Source: Rhodospirillales bacterium (lineage in GTDB: Bacteria; Pseudomonadota; Alphaproteobacteria; Rhodospirillales; Defluviicoccaceae). Taken from it: a stretch of DNA of 30,256 bases. The notes under the pieces were generated by a model. That model did no database searches. It saw only the letters and a list, made by a program, of their open reading frames with translations, and was not told the DNA's origin. Both the position numbers and the translations under genes were made by a program. The stretch lies in assembly GCA_026125865.1 (NCBI GenBank), contig JAHCKI010000001.1, positions 1 to 30,256 on the forward strand, given 5' to 3'. Every line of letters starts with the position of its first letter. Position 1 is the stretch's first letter. Below are positions 25,203 to 30,256 of the stretch, in pieces.

Positions 25203-26825
25203 TGAGGTCGTAGAGCATACAGCCCTGGCGGAACAGGGAATGGGTCCTGCGCTTGGCGGTGTTGACCTTGAGGTGGCGATCCATGCCCAGCGCCTCGCCG
25301 GCCTCGCCGAGCATGGTGAGGAGAAGCACGGCGAAGGCGTTAAGGAGCAGCAGGCGGTCGCGGCGTTGGGGATCGCCGATGCGCACGGCGCCGAGGCCCA
25401 TGCCGAAGCGCAGATCTTTGGTGTCGCGGAAGCTGGGTTCAATGGTCCAGCGTTTGGCGTAGAGGTTGACGATTTCTCTGGCGGTTGCGTCGGCGTTGCT
25501 GGCGACGAGACACCAGGGTTCTTTCATGTTCTTGGCGTGGACGCAGACGACGGCGCCGACCGCTTGCGCCTCGCCGGTGACCGACGCCCCGGTGAGTTTG
25601 CGCGCCCGGCCGCCCTTGCCGACCCACGCGGCCGCCGGGCGGCTTTCCCCGTCCGCGGCGGTGACGCGGATGTCGCCGCGGAAGCGGATGGCATAGTCGA
25701 AACCCAATTTCGTCAGATATCGGAATAACTTATGGTCTCCGAAACCGCGGTCGGCGAGGATCGTCACCTTGGTTCCCGGCGGCACCAGTTCGGCCAGACG
25801 GGCGAGACATGCGTCCTCGATGTCGTTGCGCTGACCCGTCAGTTCGTCCTTCAACATCGTCAGCCACATCAGCGGCGTCGCCCGCCCGTGCCGGGTCACC
25901 AGATTGAACGCCAGCGTCGCCTGCCCGTCGGCGTCGAAGTCGGTCCAGTCCATGACCACGACGATCTCTTTGCGCCCGCCCACCGCCTCCGGTATCCATT
26001 GCGCGAACATCGCCCACGGCGACACGCCGGCGTTGCTCAACAGCCGGTCCACCTGCTTCACCGCATGCTTGGTCAGCAACCCCCGCGCCTGCGCCAAGGC
26101 GTGGCCGATCGTCGCAACCGCCAGCGACGCCCCGGTCATCACCCCCAGCGTTCCGTTGGCAAGAGACGCAATCCGTTTCGCATGAACATGCCCCGCAAAA
26201 GCGCCATCAAGAAACCGCCGCACATCGGCCAGTCGAAACCCTGCACGCTCCACCCTGCTCAAGACTTGCCTCCGCTTCCCTCAAAAACGCTGCGGTCCTG
26301 CCAGCGACAATCCCTCGCCGCAGCCTGGACCACAGATTAGCAAGCCATTGAATCATAACAAAAGATAAAATGAGGGGATTCCTGAGCATGGCACTCACAC
26401 CAACAAGAATTTGAAAGCGCCGGCCTCAATGTCTAGATGGCATAAAAACGGCCTCTAACCAGCACGGCTTGCGAACCACGGACCGCATCACCCTACTTTC
26501 GATCTGCTCTAAATGCAGAACCAAAACACACCGAGACCGATGCTAGTTTAATTGAGAACAAAGGCTTGAACGAAAAAAAGAATTCATTCTATTGAAATAT
26601 GGTTAATTTGATTAAGAGCGGGCGGAGGCAAAATTTATCTTCGATCAGCTTAGTGGTTTCTGTGATTGCGTGCCCGATTTGGGTGCAGGCAAGGTACAAA
26701 TGAGGCCGTTATTCTGATTTCGAGGCTTTGTCATTGCCCCTTCTAGGGTGCATGATGGTCACCGACGTCATATTGACTAAGGCGGTCGAATAACGGTATC
26801 ACATACACGTATAGGTTTTGCGGCC

Positions 26826-28250
26826 ATGGGAGTTCGTGCGGTGCGGGGGCAGGTTACAGACCGGCGATCCGGAGGCGATCGCAGAGATACGAGTGACAGA
26901 CGTCACAAATTCGATCGGCGATCCGGCTTCGAACGTCGACGCACACTGTCGGATAAGATTCAAACGGGTTTCGCCCATCGAAACGCGGGCATTGCCTCCT
27001 ATGATGAACGGAGAGCAGGCAAGGACCGCCGCAAGGGCGACGACAGCCGCCTGGGCTTGGATCGGCGCAGCGGTATCGAAAGGCGCATCGGCGTCGATTG
27101 GCGGGAAACCGGGATAGGCAAGGAGCTTTCCCCGGAACAGGCCGTCGACCTGGTTTCCGATTTTTATGGGGCGAGCATGGACCCCCGGTTTTGGCCGACG
27201 GCGCTGATGAAGCTGTGTGAGGCCACGGGCGCAAGCGCCTGTGCGCTGGCATGGCACGACTTCACCCTCGGAAACGGCGGTCTGGAACAGTCGATCGGCA
27301 TCGACGTGGAATCGGTCCGATCCTACGGCGAATACTATTGCACTCTGAATCCCTGGCTTCAGAGCGAAGATCCCTTCATGACGCTGGGAACGGCGTGGGC
27401 GGACGCCGACCTCGTTGACGATGAATCCATTTTGACCAGCGAATTCGTTCTCCACTGGCTGCAGCCCCAAGGCCTCAACCACCAAATGTTCGGGGTGCTG
27501 GAGCGCCAGGGCAATCGCGTCCTCTATCTGACGTTGGCGCGCCCCGCGTCCCAGGGCGCCTTCAACAACGACGCGGTCGGGTTATTGCAGCGGTTGCTGC
27601 CCTATCTGCAGCGGGGTCTGCGCGCCGGTCAGATGCTGCGCCGAACCCAGAACATCCGTCAGGCCGCCCTCGACGCCCTTGATGTGATGCCGATCGGTGT
27701 GATCCTGTTGTCCGCTGGCGGTGTCGTCATCGCTGCCAACCGGGTGGCTCGCGAAATCATGGCCGCTCGCGACGTTCTTACCGTCGGACGCGGTGGTCTC
27801 GAGGTCAATCGCGACGGTCGGCGTGTTCGCTTTCGCGACCTCGTCGCCGATACCGCCACCGCCAACGACAACAACCGTCCGCCGGAGCTTGTCGCTTTTT
27901 CGGTCTCTCGGTCGGCCAGTCTCAGGCCTCTTTCGTTGATGATCTGGCCAACGCGTGATCAAGATCAAGGCCTCGATGCACCGGCCGCCGTCGTCTTCCT
28001 CGGCGACCCGGACCGGTCCCCTGATGTGGACGAAACGCGACTTCGCCAGCTCTACGGCCTCACCGCGGCCGAGGCCCGCGTCGCCGCTCTCCTGGCCCGT
28101 GGTTACCGCCTTGACGAGATCGCCGAAATGCTTGGTGTCGCGTACGAAACCACCAGGAAGCACCTGAAAAAGGTGCTGAGCAAGATGCAAACCGACCGCC
28201 AAGCGGAGCTGGTTCGCTCGCTGGTGACGGGTCCCGGTGGGCTTTGCTAG
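26826..28250 (+). CDS. LuxR-type HTH transcriptional regulator with GAF/PAS-like middle domains and an N-terminal [D/E]RRxxx repeat extension
   Basis: C-terminal YGLTAAEARVAALLARG...EIAEMLGVAYETTRKHLKKVLSK HTH; PAS-like ALDALDVMPIGVILL...VIAAN; 11 hexad repeats in aa 12-96. Confidence 0.85.
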   Translation: MGVRAVRGQVTDRRSGGDRRDTSDRRHKFDRRSGFERRRTLSDKIQTGFAHRNAGIASYDERRAGKDRRKGDDSRLGLDRRSGIERRIGVDWRETGIGKELSPEQAVDLVSDFYGASMDPRFWPTALMKLCEATGASACALAWHDFTLGNGGLEQSIGIDVESVRSYGEYYCTLNPWLQSEDPFMTLGTAWADADLVDDESILTSEFVLHWLQPQGLNHQMFGVLERQGNRVLYLTLARPASQGAFNNDAVGLLQRLLPYLQRGLRAGQMLRRTQNIRQAALDALDVMPIGVILLSAGGVVIAANRVAREIMAARDVLTVGRGGLEVNRDGRRVRFRDLVADTATANDNNRPPELVAFSVSRSASLRPLSLMIWPTRDQDQGLDAPAAVVFLGDPDRSPDVDETRLRQLYGLTAAEARVAALLARGYRLDEIAEMLGVAYETTRKHLKKVLSKMQTDRQAELVRSLVTGPGGLC

Positions 28251-28287
28251 AGGAAAGTTATTTCTAAACGTCAAGGGTTTACAGCGT

Positions 28288-28322
28288 CCCCCGATGTAGA
28301 TTGCGCCAATCTACATCGGGGG
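28288..28322. terminator. Perfect 16-bp hairpin between convergent genes; probable bidirectional terminator
   Basis: CCCCCGATGTAGATTG-CGC-CAATCTACATCGGGGG between the regulator stop (28250) and the secB stop (28355). Confidence 0.65.
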
Positions 28323-28354
28323 GTTGTTCATTTTTCCGTTTGTTTCCGGAGCGA

Positions 28355-28915
28355 TCAAACGATGGGAGCACCGTCGTCGTGCTGTTGCGCGGCCGCGGCC
28401 GCGGCTTCGGCCTGTTCCTGCAATTGCCGCTGATACATGGAAACGAAATCAATGGGTCCCAGGAGCACCGGAGGGAATCCCCCGTCTCTGGTGACGTTCG
28501 CGACGATATGACGTGCGAACGGGAATAGGAGCCGTGGGCACTCGATCAGCAGAATCGGACGCAGATGTTCGGATGGAACATTGACCGTGAAGACGCCGGC
28601 ATAGTCGAGTTCCACGAGAAACGCCGTTGAATCGCCGGTCTTGCATTCAGCCTCCGTATGGAGGGTGACTTCATAGATATCATCGACCAATTGCCGGGCC
28701 TGAACGTTGACGTTGACGTTGATGTTCGGCGACACGGTCTGCATTTTCTGAAAAATCTCGGGCACCGACGGCGCCTCGAACGACAGGTCTTTGATGAACT
28801 GGTTGTTGATAACCAGGGGCGCCTTGGCTTCCTCGGCCGGAACCTCGTTGCTGCCGCTTTCCCCTCCGCCGGAAATCGAACCGTTGCCTTGCCCTTTGGG
28901 TGTGTCGGCCATCAT
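28355..28915 (-). CDS. secB: Protein-export chaperone SecB
   Basis: QFIKDLSFEAP, FLVELDYAGVF, IECPRLLFPFARHIVANVTRDGGFPPVLLGPIDF. Confidence 0.96.
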   Translation of the reverse strand: MMADTPKGQGNGSISGGGESGSNEVPAEEAKAPLVINNQFIKDLSFEAPSVPEIFQKMQTVSPNINVNVNVQARQLVDDIYEVTLHTEAECKTGDSTAFLVELDYAGVFTVNVPSEHLRPILLIECPRLLFPFARHIVANVTRDGGFPPVLLGPIDFVSMYQRQLQEQAEAAAAAAQQHDDGAPIV

Positions 28916-29183
28916 TGTTACCCTTTGTTTCTGGGGGAAATTCCATTTGGCTGAACGCTTTCAGCCAGGAGAAATCATTCGGTATCGGATGAAGGGATCG
29001 CGACGCACCCGTCGACCATTGTCGACACAATCGCATCGTGCTCCCACCTTAGCCGTGGCTAACACGGAATGCCGGTCGGCTCAACCGCGTCACGTGAAGG
29101 TCCGCAAAAAAACAAGAATGGGGCTATCTGCCGCGACTTCCAACCCTTCTCGAGTCTGGCATCTTTCTCGCATTTTCACATCC

Positions 29184-29690
29184 TCACCGATCGGAAGGCC
29201 TTTTCGGTTCCTGTCCGTTGTTGTCGCCTTCGTCGATGGTTTCGTATTCGCCCTCGATGATTGTCCGATCCTTGCCGCGGCCGCCATCGGTTGGACCCGG
29301 TTTCGGTTGCTGATCCCACATATCGACGCGTCCCGCCGTTACCATGTACCGCCCGCCAACCTGTCGCAAAACCGCGCGGAACGCCGGAATGAGCAGCAGA
29401 AAGCCGAAGCTGTCGGTAACGAACCCCGGTGTCAGAAGCATCGCGCCGGCGACGAGGATGCACAATCCGTCGAACACTTCCTTCATGGGGACTTGCCCGC
29501 TATTGAGGCTTTGCTGCGCCCGCATCAGGGTCGAAAAGCCTTGGCGGCGAACCAGCGCCGCCCCCACGACCGCCGTGAATACAATGGTGCCGACGGTGGG
29601 CCAAAGCCCGAAACGATCGCCAGCCTCGATGAGAAGCGCGATCTCTAGGATGGGAATCCCGACAAACAACAATAAAAGAACTAGGCCCAT
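29184..29690 (-). CDS. fxsA: FxsA family membrane protein
   Basis: PILEIALLI, RRQG, GAMLLTPGFVTDSFGFLLLIP, IIEGEY; conserved position next to secB. Confidence 0.92.
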   Translation of the reverse strand: MGLVLLLLFVGIPILEIALLIEAGDRFGLWPTVGTIVFTAVVGAALVRRQGFSTLMRAQQSLNSGQVPMKEVFDGLCILVAGAMLLTPGFVTDSFGFLLLIPAFRAVLRQVGGRYMVTAGRVDMWDQQPKPGPTDGGRGKDRTIIEGEYETIDEGDNNGQEPKRPSDR

Positions 29691-29874
29691 GGTTGTGCTC
29701 GCCTCTCATTGCGCCTATCTGACGTTGGTGACCGCCTTCGCGCGTCGTGACAGAGCTTGCTGGACCTTTGCTCGACGAAACGCTAACGTGTCGGTTGTCA
29801 TCCCTGGCCAAGCGGCAATGTGCGGTTTGGCTGCATTTACACCCGATATGCAAGTATATTAGTTATACAAACTC

Positions 29875-30256
29875 ATGGGCGGCGAGTTCCAATTTATCGA
29901 CATCATCTTGTTCGCGGTGATCGCGGCCTTTTTGATTCTGCGTCTTCGCAGTGTCCTGGGGCGCCGCAACGGCCATCAAGGGCCAACAGCGGATCCGTTC
30001 AAAACGGCGAACAAGCAAGAGCGATCCGACAATAAGGTCGTGCGCCTGCCGGATCGCAATGGCCGCGCCGGCGAAGCGGAGGCCGCACCGAAGGCAACGC
30101 CCGACGAAAAGCTGTCACCTTTGGAGACGGGTCTGAAGAACATCAAGACCGCCGATCCCAAATTCAATGGCGACGAATTCCTTTCGGGATCGCGTATCGC
30201 CTTCGAGATGATCTTGTCGGCCTTCGCCAGTGGTGACATGCCGGTCCTGCGGCCTT
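29875..30256 (+). CDS. Tim44/TimA-family protein, 3' end outside the window
   Basis: Manual translation MGGEFQFIDIILFAVIAAFLILRLRSVLGRRNGH...DPKFNGDEFLSGSRIAFEMILSAFASGD; not in the ORF track because it has no stop in the window; typical neighbour of fxsA/secB. Confidence 0.88.
   Translation, partial: MGGEFQFIDIILFAVIAAFLILRLRSVLGRRNGHQGPTADPFKTANKQERSDNKVVRLPDRNGRAGEAEAAPKATPDEKLSPLETGLKNIKTADPKFNGDEFLSGSRIAFEMILSAFASGDMPVLRP

Larger units (their letters stand above)
23794..26262 (-). pseudogene. IS4-family DDE transposase, interrupted near its 3' end
   Basis: VMDWTD, ILADRGFG and the YREK signature YAKRWTIEPSFRDTK. Reads ...MLYDL at 25203 and resumes IPTMPEGRLRPLMEKF left of 23883 once the inner IS is removed. 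Confidence 0.85.
23760..26386 (-). mobile_element. IS4-family insertion sequence (about 1.3 kb native length) interrupted by an ISAzo13-family IS
   Basis: Terminal IRs CTCACTCATCCCCTCATTT / CTCAGGAATCCCCTCATTT (16/19); 9-bp target duplication CATGGCACT at 23751-23759 and 26387-26395. Confidence 0.9.

Noticed and set aside
26540-26620. TTAA pairs resembling CtrA boxes in the AT-rich region upstream of the LuxR-type gene
   Set aside because: Spacing is TTAA-N5-TTAA, not the TTAA-N7-TTAA consensus.
28948-28967. 8-bp hairpin TGGCTGAA-CGCT-TTCAGCCA in the secB leader
   Set aside because: Single short stem with no supporting features; could be chance.

Overview
High-GC chromosomal window from an alphaproteobacterium (Rhodospirillales-like, inferred from gene content: SAM-II riboswitch, secB-fxsA-tim44, mgtE-tRNA-Leu-lipB, gshA-rsmE-ubiA). 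It is mostly housekeeping DNA. The left part carries a LegB-like dehydratase (5' truncated), bcp, a D-lactate dehydrogenase-like flavoprotein, a P-type ATPase, tldD, metZ (SAM-II riboswitch), gshA, rsmE and ubiA. The middle carries a CelD-like GNAT, ypfJ, a polysaccharide deacetylase, liuR with its operator, mgtE, tRNA-Leu(GAG), lipB, a DgcZ-like diguanylate cyclase, and a degP/response regulator/sensor kinase module whose kinase is frameshifted. The right part carries a nested IS (ISAzo13-family element inside an IS4-family element, both target duplications visible), a LuxR-type regulator with an unusual [D/E]RRxxx hexad-repeat N-terminus, secB, fxsA and a partial tim44. The most novel-looking signals are the DRR-repeat LuxR regulator and the cyclase with a degenerate zinc-sensor domain, which hint at c-di-GMP signalling parts I do not recognise as described. 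No CRISPR array, prophage or defence system was recognised. All calls rest on motif recognition and manual reading; no database searches were run.
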